DNA of 64,000 nucleotides, from contig OX597822.1 in NCBI GenBank assembly GCA_951406725.2, forward strand, positions 86,676,001 to 86,740,000, written 5' to 3'. The notes beneath the pieces were generated by a model. The model worked only from the letters and a program-made list of their open reading frames with translations. It was not told the origin of the DNA and did no database searches. This document shows, piece by piece, positions 25,545 through 37,884 of this stretch. Origin of the DNA: Octopus vulgaris. Lineage: Eukaryota. The translations under genes were made by a program, and so were the position numbers. Position 1 is the stretch's first letter. Every line of letters begins with the position of its first letter.

Positions 25545-25919
25545 CAGCGTGGTCAATGCCAGTGCTGCCTGACTGATCCCGTGCCAGTGACATATAAAAA
25601 AGCACCATTCGAGCGTGGTTGTTGCCAGTACCACCTGACTGGTTTCCATGCCAGTGGCACATAAAAAGTACCATTCGAGCATGGTTGATGCTGGTAGCAC
25701 ATAAAGAGTATCATTCGAGCATGGTTAATGCCAGTGCCACCTGACTGGCTCTTGTGTAAGCACCCATTACACTCTCAGTGGTTGGCGTTAGGAAGGGCAT
25801 CAAGCTGTAGAAACCTTGCCAGATCAGATTAGAGCCTGGTGCAGCCACCTGGCTTGCCAGTCCTCAGTCAAACCGTCCAACCAATGCCAGCATAGAAAGC
25901 AGAAGTTAAATGATGATGA
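25545..25919 (+). mobile_element. RTE 3' tail with internal tandem units
   Basis: Repeated ccattcgagcgtggttgttgccagt units, then the conserved tail and tgatgatga. Confidence 0.9.
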
Positions 25920-26549
25920 CTCCCACTCCGGTTATTGTCTGTTATAAAAAGACCACACAGAAATACTCTGGAATCACAAAATGTTTACAAAAATTCTAAA
26001 ATATGGTGTTTAATATTGTTTGTAAAACAGTCAACAAAATGCTAATATAATCAGTTTAATTAATCTTAGCAATCACAGGTATTATTTACACAACAGATGT
26101 GGAATTGCCAAGTTTATTTTTGCACATTACTGACAGATATATATACATATATATAGTGTAGAATATCTACAGTTTGGTGCTCCACCGAATTTGTTGTCAT
26201 AACTTTCCTAAAAATGCATATTTTTTAATGAAATTTTCAGATACATATCTTTCTCTTCTACATTATACTTAATATAATTTCTTTTCTCATAATATTATGT
26301 TAAGCCAATACCTCTGTCATCCCCTTCGGGCTTGAAGATTCTCACTGTGGCTGCCCTTACCCACCATCACCATGTGTACTAAAGGTTTTTCTTATCAGTA
26401 ACAAGCCTATCACCCACACTCTGTGACTGTGTTCTGTATCCCTTGCAGCTCATTCATCCCATAGACTGGATACAACTACCCCTACATCAAGTCCCTGCCA
26501 TTAACATATGGAAAGGAACCTCAACCAAACTAATCTCAAGCAAGAGACA

Positions 26550-27600
26550 GCAGTACAAATTCTGGGAAATAGTGACAAGAGGAGTGGGGTAGGCATACTG
26601 TTAGCTAAGAAATGGATAGAAAAGTAACTGAGACGACATTTTGGCATGCCCACAAGCAGGATTGACAGAAGAACCATTTCTATGAGACTCTTCTGCAGAC
26701 AAACTCAATAATGACTGATAGCAACTTCATTATCATGACTGGTGATTCCAACTGACATGTTGGCCAACACAATGGCAACTTACATGATATATAGAGACTA
26801 TGGGTATGATTCAGAAATGAAGAGGATGAAGGACTCTTAGAGTTCTGTGATATATGAGATCTAACAATTTGCAACACAGACTTCAAGAAAGGCACCAACT
26901 ATCTCATCACCTACCAATCTGGGAAATACATAAGCCAAAGTCAACAGATTACATTTTCAAAAGGAAACAGGATAGAGAGGCTGTTGTGAATACGGAAACT
27001 TTTCCTGGTAAAGAATGCATGATGCAACATAGGTTAGTAGATGGTGGCTTCAGAGTCAGAGCTACACAGAAACAGAATGTGATGGAAAACATGGAAACTA
27101 AAAGATCCTATAACTGGGAATAGATTCAGAGAAATTCTAATTCACGCATATGTCTGTAGGAAGACAACTTTACATTCCTGTAGCAAAGATGATAACGAGG
27201 AATTTCTATGAAATAACCTGCTTAGGGCAACAGGTCAGTCCAGCCAAAAGTAACATGGTGTTGGAAGGATAAAACTGATAGGGCAGTAAATGCTAAGAGG
27301 CAGGCTTAGAAAGTCTGGAAGTTAATAGAGGTCATTACCTAATAGCTAGGATATCTAGGCAATAGGTACATATATCTAAGGGTGAGGCAGAAAGGAAAAT
27401 ATTTTTTACATATGTCCCACAATGTGAAGATCAGAGGCATAAAGTATTAAGGACTGAAAGACAATATATGAGACGACCAAAATGTTGGTGAGAAATGTAT
27501 TTGGAAGAATGAAGGCAAACTTGTCCTCAATATGGAGTACAAAAAAAAATGCACAGAAATTAAATGAAAGGCTACTGAGAAGTGGAGAATATATGACATA
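26550..27600 (+). mobile_element. Degenerate RTE APE-endonuclease region
   Basis: GVGILLAKKWIEK, IMTGDSN*HVG and RNEEDEGLLEFCD motifs, homologous to 37900-38100. Confidence 0.75.
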
Positions 27601-27959
27601 AAGGACCTGATGCTGGCCCTACATCTTACTCCATATACTTATATTTCCCTTCAAGTAGCACCTCCACTCCTGTTCTTCACTCTCCTCTAACCATCTAGTA
27701 CTCCACACTTCCTCTCATACTTTTATAAACTGTTTCCCTCCTGATTTACTGCCCATGTGATTTCTTGCTCTGGCATTCCATCACTACCATCTTACCCAGA
27801 TACTCCTAACCACTCTCATATAAATGTGGGATGGCTATGTTTCTTCTCAATAGCAAGGCTCCTGGCATAAGAATCTCCTCTCAAATACCTCACCATCACC
27901 AACACCACTTAGTGAAGAGAGCTTTTTCCCTTTCTTCTCCATCCCCCCCCTCTTTTGTC

Positions 27960-28175
27960 CTTTCCTATCTTGCAAGTTACTTGGCAACCCCACTAGTGTT
28001 GGTGCCACAAAAAAGCACCCAATACACACTGTAAAGTGGCTGGCATTAGGAAGGGCATCCAGCCATAGAACCCAGGTCATAGCAGAAATGAAGCACAATG
28101 CAGCCCTGGGCTCATCAGATCCAGTCAAACCATCTAACCAATACCAGTATGGAAAACAGACATAGGATGATGATC
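27960..28175 (+). mobile_element. RTE-tailed fragment
   Basis: aaaagcacccaatacacactgtaaagtggctggcattaggaagggcatccag...gatgatgat. Confidence 0.8.
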
Positions 28176-29507
28176 GTACGATGAAGGCTAGCAGGTGAAA
28201 ACTTTGAAACCACTGTCATCACTCTTGTAAAAGCATTATATATACATATCCGATTTGCGTTATACAGCAAGATTAAAAAAAAAATTCTTAAACCTCTTTG
28301 ATTATAGTCAAAGCTGACCTGGAGCTGAAGAACAACTCACTGTCATAGAAATCAGCTTTGTTTAATTCCAAGAGTCATCCACAATCAAGCAGGCCTTGTC
28401 TTCTCACAATGACCATCTCATTTTTTTATTTTCAGACTTAGTATTCTTCCTTAAGATGGAAGAAATGTAATTTGGGGATGATTTTGTAGTTATTTCTCCG
28501 CAGTCAAATATCAACATTGATATGCCTGTTTCTCAGACTGAGCGAACTTCTCCAGAGCATAACACACCGTCACAGTTTATACCGTGTATGACGCACTATC
28601 ACCTGAAAACAGGTGAGGGGAAATTGAAAGTAGCTCAAGCTTAGCTAATAATTTCTCTGAGATAAACATGATGCCTAGGCAGGTGTAAACTTTCGATGAT
28701 TTAGTTATTCATCGTCTTTTCATGTGTGATCATTTGTAAAATCAAAGTCTTTATTTGAATCTAATAAAAGAATTTAGTAAAGAGGCCGAAAGGAGAATGA
28801 AAAAACAGTCATGAATAGGATTTTTAAATTGCGTCTCTTTAAAATATATTTCAGTAATTTCTTCTTTGGCACACATACATAACTGTGACCCCACCACCGA
28901 CTTTGTTTCCTCCCAACTTTCAGAAAAATGTATATTTCTAAAAGCAATTTTCAACAAATGCACTTCAGATGGTGTAGTTTCCGATTATATCGGAATTTGT
29001 TGCGAAAAAATTTTCTGTGGGATGGAGAAAGGAGTTTCTGAAAATTCGCACGAATCAGCTTTGTTTCCTCATAACTTTCAGAGAAATTGGTGTTTTTTAA
29101 TGAAATTTTCTACAAATACCTTTCAAAGTATGTAATTACGATTATATCGAAATTTGGTGTGAAAAGAAAAATGATGAGCATGCACATATACATACGGACA
29201 CATTAATTTTTTTTCCGAAATTTCAAGTTGTGGATATATGCAATAATATATGCTAGTGTGTATGTGTGCGAGGCCAAGAGTTTTGTTTTTCTTTTCATAT
29301 AAAATTCCGATATAATCGTATTGTTGAAAATTTTATTAAAAATATACATTTTTCTGGAAGTTATAAGGAAACAAACTCGCGGGATGCACACTTGCGTCAG
29401 AATGCCTCTTCTTGTTTGAATGTTAGTACTATCATTGTGTACTTAATATATTGAAGGATCTCTGTCACAAGAGTAGAATGTAAGAAGGCCAGTAGTTGTA
29501 TGGCGCA

Positions 29508-29559
<52 letters not shown>

Positions 29560-31437
29560 TGCATGTTTATCTGTGTGTAAGTACATATTAGTGCACAATT
29601 ATATCTGTAAATTCCTTTGAATGACTGCGTAGCCAGGGATTGTCTACCTCTCTTCTCGGCGGGTTTCACTATCTGCGAATACATATCGATGTTCATAGAA
29701 TTCTCTTAATTCTATGCACATTTCAGTATACATTAGCGCGATAGTATTTGTAATATTGTGTACAGATATATAATACAGGGATACACGTAGAAGTGTGTGG
29801 GTGTGTTAGATCATCTCTTAAGAAGAGTACGGCGAATGTGATACCGAAAATGAAACGTTAGTTGGGAAAGAAGCCGATGGATTTCCTTTTCTATTGTTAT
29901 TAAAACAATTTTGTGTAAGTATATAACATAAAATAAGATAGTATTTCGGTCCAGTGTTAATTCTACAAGTTCGCTAATTACCAACCTCTAGAGCTCGAAT
30001 ATTTCAATATATTTAACTTACCATTTATCAATCCATCCGTTATACCTATATAGAACACTATTTTATATCTTATTCATCAATCGCTGGATATTTGACCAAA
30101 AAGAGAAAGAAAAAAAAGCATCTCTGTTCAAGAATCAAAGGATTTCGAAAAAGAAGTTGTGGTGTTTATGGCTTTCCTAAGAGCATTAATGTCATAAAGC
30201 GATGTAAACGGTACCAACTTGAAAGAGGAACTGATTTGTAGACTAGGTTAACTTTATACACAAAAGCCCTTACATTATTGGGGAAGGTGCTGAAGAAGAT
30301 TTAATCAAGAATCGAAACCGCATTGCAGAGCTGAATTCGTCAATTGCTTACTTTTATGATAATCTCTACCGCCCACTTGGATAATTTTTCATAGAAAATA
30401 CAGCATTTCTCTAGTCACCCTGTTACTGGTCATTTTATTCGAAGCAAACCAATAAAACACCAATGAGATGTCTTCCAAAGAACTGCATTATTTTGCTGCC
30501 GCTGTTTAATTTTTTTTTGTTTTTCTTATCTATATATAATGGAATTCGATAAAAAAAATATCAGAATCACAAGTAGTTGGTAATGAATAGGTACCGTGAT
30601 TATACTCAAGCCAGCAACGGTCTACATTTAAATATACAGCCCAAAATAATAAATAATAATGGTGTTTGTGGCATTAAGAGGTACAAGACTGGAGAATGTT
30701 TTAGAGAGGAAAATTAAACAATCGGCGATAAGATTGTATTAATAAACATGGGTATGGAAACCATCTCATTAAACACGATTGCATCGTCTCCTCTACAGTG
30801 TTTGATATAATAATAAATTTTATTTCTTCTCAGGATCAAAAAGAAGAGAAAGAGTTTGTGTGGAGTTGGTGTTTATTACTGGTAAAAAAAAAAAAAGCGA
30901 AGTGAATTTACTTTCAAATGAGAATTGAAACTACGGTGCAAACTTATTTTGCCGGCAACTCCACGCCGCAGGTTACACACAATAATAATAATATCTATAT
31001 AATAAATATATTTAATAATAAAATATTTAATGTTAATGTTGTCAGACGTCTCTGACAAACCAATAGAAAATAAATCTTGTCCTTTTTTTTAAAGTTAATT
31101 CGAAATTATGTTTAATGTTTAAAAAATATAATTTACGCCAGAAAAGGAATAGAGCGTGTGTTTATATATATATAATATACACACACAGCAATTAAATATA
31201 CTTTGGTGGATATTAATTTATCATTTTGTTATGTCTTTTTTGTTAATTTTTATTTTAGTGAAGAAAACCAACAATATTTTAAAAAATCTAAATAAAATAA
31301 GTAAAACAGGAGACAATGTGAATAGAAGAAGTGAAAGGGTGATTATGCTTTTGATTTTGTAAAGAAAGAAAAATGCAAATACATCAACAATATATATTGT
31401 TAAAGGAAGCAGACGTTATGGCATAAAATTTCCTTAC

Positions 31438-31605
31438 CTTTGTCGGGAAAAGAAAAAAAATTTGATTAGTTAATCGCCGCCGCCTTAGTATGTAAAAAAG
31501 TGAGTGAAGAAGCCTTGTTATAAATAAATACCAAACGATGAGAGAGACAACAGATTTACGTCTGCTCACGACTTCAATTTGTCTGTTGTCGCTAGAGTTT
31601 AAAAG
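31438..31605 (-). other. ACLY: Candidate non-coding first exon of ACLY
   Basis: Donor AAG|GTAAGG at 31438/31437, TATA-like TTTATAAG at about 31629-31636, inside the CpG-rich domain. The 5' boundary is a guess. Confidence 0.55.
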
Positions 31606-31652
31606 ATTATCTCCCTTGGATCCACTCTCTTATAAACCAGTAATTCTTCTGC

Positions 31653-31671
31653 TGGGCACCAGATGGCAGTG
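31653..31671 (+). promoter_or_regulatory. CTCF-like motif
   Basis: TGGGCACCAGATGGCAGTG is close to the CTCF core CCASYAGRKGGCRS. Confidence 0.5.
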
Positions 31672-32529
31672 GAAAGCAGTCATTTCTTGACTCCATTATT
31701 TTACCTCGATAATTAATTCATTAATCAAAACAGAAATTATAGTATTTATCTTCTTTGATAATTTATGTATCTATTAACATAACCCCCTTTCATTATATGG
31801 ATTTCTCTAAATAAAATATAGTTGGTTTCCCTTATTTTCTTAAATAACTAATTTTTTTAAAAAACATTTTACACCCATCTACAAATTTCCGAAGAACCGA
31901 GAATAAGACTCAATTAGTTTCTTAAGAGTGATTAGTATCCTAGTCTTCAGATTTGTACATTGCTCGCCAACTAGACTTTCTCAGAACTAAATCACCGTGA
32001 TTGATTCATTTTGTCTTGATGTCACAAAATAAGAGTGTATTGAAACCATTTCTACTTTAGCTCAACCAACACGTATATAAAATTATGACAATGAAACGTT
32101 ATCAGTTTTCTTGACTTCGCAAAGTTTCTAGAGGTTTTCAGTTTTCTCAGCCTCTTCTCTGCACAAATTGCTATATGCGATTAATTTCATTTGCTTTTTA
32201 ATTAATTGATTGATTAGTGGATTTTCTGTCACTTGATGCTTGATAGCCTTGAATAATATAAAAACAAAGTTTGAAATAAACGTATAATAGAAGTTGTATT
32301 ATTCATATGTAACAAGAATATTTCACTGAGTCCCAAACACCAACTCACTGCCTAAGAATGGAACCCAAATTACTATGTTTGGACGTAAAAGTAACAACAT
32401 AACAAACAGAATTCTGTCAAAGAATGACAATGTTAGTGAACAAGTGACCTCAAATATTTGGTGCAAACATGATATTCACAATTTTGTCTGCAGAGCCTTT
32501 TTTTTCACAGGCTATTATCTTTTAACTTT

Positions 32530-32740
32530 TAGCTTTACTTGTTTCAGTCATTAGACTGTGGCACTGCTTTGAAGAATTTCTAGTCAAATGTATCGACCCC
32601 ACTACTTATTTTTAAGTGTCTGGTACTTATTTTATCGGTCTCTTGTGCCAAACTGCTAAGTTATAGGGACATAAACACACCAGCACTGGTTGTCAAGCAG
32701 TGGTGGGGGACAAATACACACACACATATGTATATAAACA
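32530..32740 (-). mobile_element. SINE family B, 3' half of a split element
   Basis: Tail part of family B ending at the central CA/TA tract; continues at 33994-34170. Confidence 0.82.
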
Positions 32741-33154
32741 TCATCATTTAACATCCATTTTGCATGCTGGCGTAGGTTGGACACTTTAACCAGGCCTGGT
32801 AAGCTGAGGACCTGCACCAGGCCCCAATCTGATTTGGCGTGGTTTCTACAGCTGGATGCCCTTCCTAATGCCAACCACTCCAAGAGTGTAATGGGTGCTT
32901 TTATGTGCCACTGGCAAGGGTACCAGTTGCATGACACTGTCATGATTACAATTTCACTTGGTTTGATGGGTCTTCTTCTCAAGCACAGCATATTGCCAAA
33001 GATCTCGATCATATGTCATTGCCTCCATGAGGCCCAATGCTCAAAAGGGACTCTTTACATGTCACCAGTATGGGTGCCAGTTATGTGACACCAGCATCAG
33101 CCACAACTAAGGTTTCACTTGGTTTGACAGGTCTTCTCAAGCATAGCATATCAC

Positions 33155-33198
<44 letters not shown>

Positions 33199-33955
33199 TC
33201 ATCATCATCATCATCATCATCGTTTAACGTCTGTTTTCCATGCTGGCATGGATTGGACAGTTTGACTGAGGTCTAGAAAACCAATGGCAGCACCATGCTT
33301 CAGTCTGATCTAGCAATGTTTCTACCACTGGATGCTCTTCCTAACGCCAACCACTCCGAGAGTGTAGTGGGTGCTTTTTATGTGCCACCGGCACAGGAGC
33401 CAGTCGGGCAGCACTGGTATCAACCATGTTTGGATGGTGCTTTTTATGTGCCACCCACATGGGAGCCAGTCAGTGGGTACTGGCATCGACCACATTCAGA
33501 TGGTGCATTTTACATGCCACCAACACAGGAGCCAGTCAGGAGGCACTGGCCACAGCTACGATTTTGGTTTTATTTGACTCAACAGGTCTTCTCGAGCATA
33601 TCATATTCCCCAACACATCAAGAGTACTTTTAAATGGGCCGGACAAGCATCAGCCATGGCTGAAATCTCACTTTAGTTGCCGGGACTTCCCAATCACACC
33701 ATATCTCCAAAGGTTTCAGTCTACTGTCTGTCATTGCCTCTGTGAGGCCCAGTGTTCAAAGGTCATGCTTCACCACCTCATCCCATGTCTTCGTGGGTCT
33801 ACCTCTTCTACAGGTTCCTTCCACAGTTAGGGTGTGGTGCTTCCTCACCAGCTGTGCTCATCCATACATAACACATGACCACACCAGTGCAGTCATCTCT
33901 CTTGCACACATTTGATGCTTCTTATGTCCAACTTTTTTCTCAGAGCACTCACACA
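32741..33955 (-). mobile_element. Two stacked RTE 3' fragments (32741-33155 and 33197-33955)
   Basis: Each starts with (CAT)n and the conserved tail; the second extends into the ORF C-terminus; they are separated by (TA)n. Confidence 0.9.
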
Positions 33956-33993
33956 CTCCGTTTATGAAATTCACACATCCTCTAATTAAATTT

Positions 33994-34170
33994 TATATAA
34001 ACACACACATATATACAATGGGCTTTTTTTGGTTTGCATCTACGAAATTCACTCACAAGGCTTTGGTTGGCCTGAAGCTATAGTAGAAGACACTTACCCA
34101 AGGTGCCACACTGTGGGACTGAACCCAGAACCATGTGGTTGGGAAGTGAGCTTCTTACTACACAGCCACA
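33994..34170 (-). mobile_element. SINE family B, 5' half of the split element
   Basis: cactcacaaggctttgg...gggactgaacc...cacagccac (head). Confidence 0.85.
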
Positions 34171-34350
34171 CATTGGTCACAGCCCAGCCAAGATCAATGG
34201 TAGCTTGAATTGAAACTTCTAAACTTCAGCTATATAATCAAATGATCACCACAGACTACTATTATTGCTGACACAAACATTTCACGCATATTGCTGACCT
34301 GCTTCACTTGGTTGGCTGGCTGGCTGGCTGACTGAAAGAAAGAAAGAACA

Positions 34351-34357
<7 letters not shown>

Positions 34358-34401
<44 letters not shown>
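34358..34401. repeat. (GA)n microsatellite; others at about 11504, 17596, 20900 and 41575
   Basis: Direct inspection. Confidence 0.95.
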
Positions 34402-34403
<2 letters not shown>

Positions 34404-37400
34404 AGCTTTCTCTAGTTGTTGTAAACAACGAAACAGCTCACTCTGCTCTGGTTGAAGGCAGAGAGAAGAATGTTATAAGTTCTACATATATAATCAATGC
34501 ATAACTGAAAGTGGTGTTCCGTCATTGGTCCAATAAACCAGTGATAAATAGAGAAAAATTCCACCTGACTATGTGAGAATAACTAGTTTAGTCTCCCCCT
34601 GGATAGCTAGGCATCAAAGCAAAAGAAAAGATAGAGGAAACCAAATTATCTTACAAAAGCATTTGAATGAGTGAATGCAACAGATAGTGACTCAGCTGAA
34701 TGGCTGTCAGAATAATACTATATATGCAAGTGGGATATACACGATGTGTTCATAAATACAAATGAGTTTGCATTATGAATGCATAAAATGCAAGTGAGTC
34801 TACATGATGCATGTTTTTGTACATGTGATTCTATAGAAAGTGAATTAACAATGACATTGGTGTCTTTGCATATATTTATATGTGAGTTTACTTTCTCAGT
34901 TACTGACTAGTTTGATTCTCTGTTGAAACTGAGCCAGTTTGTAAACTGAAAATGTTTGTTGTAGAATTCTGTACCGTAAATTGCAGCTATGAAAGGTAAT
35001 GAGCTGGTAATGGTGTTGAGGTAATAGTGGTGAGTTCATATTTGTTGTTGGTGTCTTCATGGTGCTTGGGATGATCTGTATTTCCTGGTAATTGCAGCAG
35101 TTTGTACTTCATGGGTGATCTATGCTTTTGCAAGCTGATAGCAAAAGTGAAACATGTAGTTTCTGACATCATGTTACCTGCTAGGACAATGGGACACCAC
35201 ATGTGATAACCTGAAATTTGGGTCATTAGGATTGAAAAGAGGCAGAATGAAGCTGATGAATGACAAACTGGTGTTATTTGAATCAATATGGCGGTAACAG
35301 TAACTTAGAGCACAAATTTGAAAATTCATAGTTTGATTGAATGTCAAGGCCTCTAATGTTGAAAATAGAAATGAGAAGCAGCTGACTATAATAAATTATA
35401 TATAATAATCCTCTTTATTTTACACATACCACCAGAGGAACAGATTTCTATTGACTCAAGTGGTACAATAAGTCAATATGACCAAACAGTATATATTCAC
35501 TCCTACAAATTCCTAAAAGCATAGGTTTAAATTGTAGTAATCCATACAGAGAAAAGTAACAATTTTCAATAGCAACATTGATAGAAAAAAAAACTTGAGT
35601 TAAATATTCAACTTATTTAGTCAATGCATAGCTGAGAAAGGTGCTCTTTCAATCATCCAGTGAACTGGTGAAAAATAATGGCAATATTTTTCTTGGTTAT
35701 GTGAGGGCCACTATGTAGCTCTCATCTAGATTGCTAGGAAAGCAGCAGTAATTTTCATCACTTTTATCTCTGTTTATGAATAGTTTAATTAGTTAGAAGA
35801 TGCTGTTTTTGCTGTAGTCAGAAAAATGATTAACCAACGAGTGACTGCAATAAAATATGAATAAGAGACAACAGCAATAAATTATGTATAATAATTCAAT
35901 TTTCCTTGTCATCAGAAGAATAGACCGCTTCGTAAGTAGGATAAGTAGCATAAGTGGTACTATAAATAAATGTGCTTAAACAGCATATGTTCACTTCTAA
36001 CAATTTTTAAAGACACTGGTTTAAATGATACTCCAACAGAGAAAATATAGCAATTTTCATTTATAACACTAAAAGAGAACAAGCTTTTCTGCTAAAGTGG
36101 TAGAATCAGCACTATAAATGTGTTCTTGAAAATAAAGTTCTTTTTGTATCACATGTGTAATATGAAAGAAATGTTTCTAAAGTAGAAAAAGAAACAAAGT
36201 TTATCATACATAGCATTTAGCCTATCAGAACAGAGATACAGCAAATCAATTTATTGTTCAGCACTAATGTGTCTTGTTTTGATCAACTGAAGTTAGAATA
36301 GATTTTGACTGTTACTATCCTAGCTGAATTCTGGTTGAAAGCGCAGAGTGGACAGTGGATAGTTGCACAGATTGTATTCTGCTGACTAAAGTGTGTAAAC
36401 AGTATTAAATTTCAATTTATATAGTTAGTGACTGGCTGAGAGATGTGATTGGTCTATCAAACCAAGGTGAAAAATAGTGAACAACTAAAATTTCATCAGG
36501 CAACACGAGTCACTAGTTTAGTTCTCTTGTACACTGTTTGGAATAATGCAATCAACAAGGAATTAAAAAGAAAACAAATGAGGGCAAAAACGATTGATGT
36601 CACAAATATACCCAAAGGAGAGAATAGTTCAGAGAGTGATTTGGCAAAGGGACAAATAAAAAATATACCATTATATCCAGGAGTAAGACGTTACAATTTG
36701 TACTCATAATGTACACAAGTGCATTTACATGATAATTGTCTTTCATACAATGAAGTCTACTTAAAATGTTTATGCAAGATGCTTAAGTCCAAAGTTTAAT
36801 AATATATACATGAGTTTACAAAAGGTGAATGAAAAATGATATTTCTGTTTCAGCATACACACATATATGCATGCACACATGTATGGTCTACTATCCTACC
36901 AAGCATGTCTGTGCTATTTCTGGTCAAAGCAAACCAATAATAGAGATAAAATGTATTGCCTCTAATGTTATGTATCAGGAAACTGAATTTTCATGTGAAA
37001 ACCAGAGAAGCTGGTCATAAGAGCAGAAAGGAATGTAATGGCTGATAGAAAAACTAGAAATGTTTGAGTCATCCTAGAGATAGCTGTATGTTAGGGCTTA
37101 TATTTAGAAGATTTCATAGATGTTATCCCAAAAATGGTTATCAAAAATCAGAGTTGAAAATATTGAAAATATAGATGAGAGACAGTAATTATAAATTATA
37201 AATAATAATTGTCTTTATTTTCTTTGTACCTTGAGAAGAATAAATCTTTACTGGCCTAAATAATATTTTAAGTCAATGTGGTTTATTAGTTTGTGTTCTC
37301 TTCCAAAAGTTTGTAGAAGTACAAGTTTGAATTGTACAACTCATGCACAGAAAGATATAATTTTCAGTTATAACATTAATAGAGAACTGTATTTACATTT

Positions 37401-37884
37401 CTTCTTCGCAATTTCTAAGCTAAGAAATCTCTAGTTTTTTTTAATTATTCATCATTGTTTACGTCCATCTTCCCTGTACTATTAACATGCTCATGTTTTG
37501 ATTTTCTTGTGGTGAAGCTAGCCATTTTCTTTTCTTCCATTTCACTATTGTCCACTATTGTCCTTTGCTGCCATTTCTATTCCCTTGACCACTCCTGATT
37601 ATAAGACTATAAAACACATGGCTTTCATCCCAACCTTCATTTCTTCTTTGCAATGCACCTATCCTTACCCACCCCACCACCAATACACCCCCCACCACCA
37701 ATACCCATCCTTGCCACCAATACCCACCCTTGCCACCAATATCTACCCCTGTCATCAATACCAGAAATCTCTTTTCTTGTATTGGAAGTCCCTTCTGGCG
37801 CACCAGAGGTCCCTTCTCTTGCATACCTGTAATCTCTTTACCGTGAAATCTCTTCTCTCTTCCCTCATACTGAAAACCTCCACA

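Larger units (their letters stand above)
28550..32200. promoter_or_regulatory. CpG-retaining, TE-poor domain (putative ACLY promoter region)
   Basis: CG dinucleotides are visibly frequent compared with the CpG-depleted flanks; it lies 5' of the ACLY ATG exon, which itself starts with a splice acceptor. Confidence 0.65.

Noticed and set aside
25545-25755. Repeat-spacer-like array with small hairpins
   Set aside because: Contiguous degenerate tandem units of the RTE tail; not CRISPR.
29505-29563. Perfect palindrome gcatgc(at)n gcatgc
   Set aside because: A self-complementary (AT)n microsatellite with RY flanks; a trivial source of symmetry.
34987-35286. 99-aa minus-strand ORF in unique sequence
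   Set aside because: No recognisable motif or splice context; length within chance expectation.
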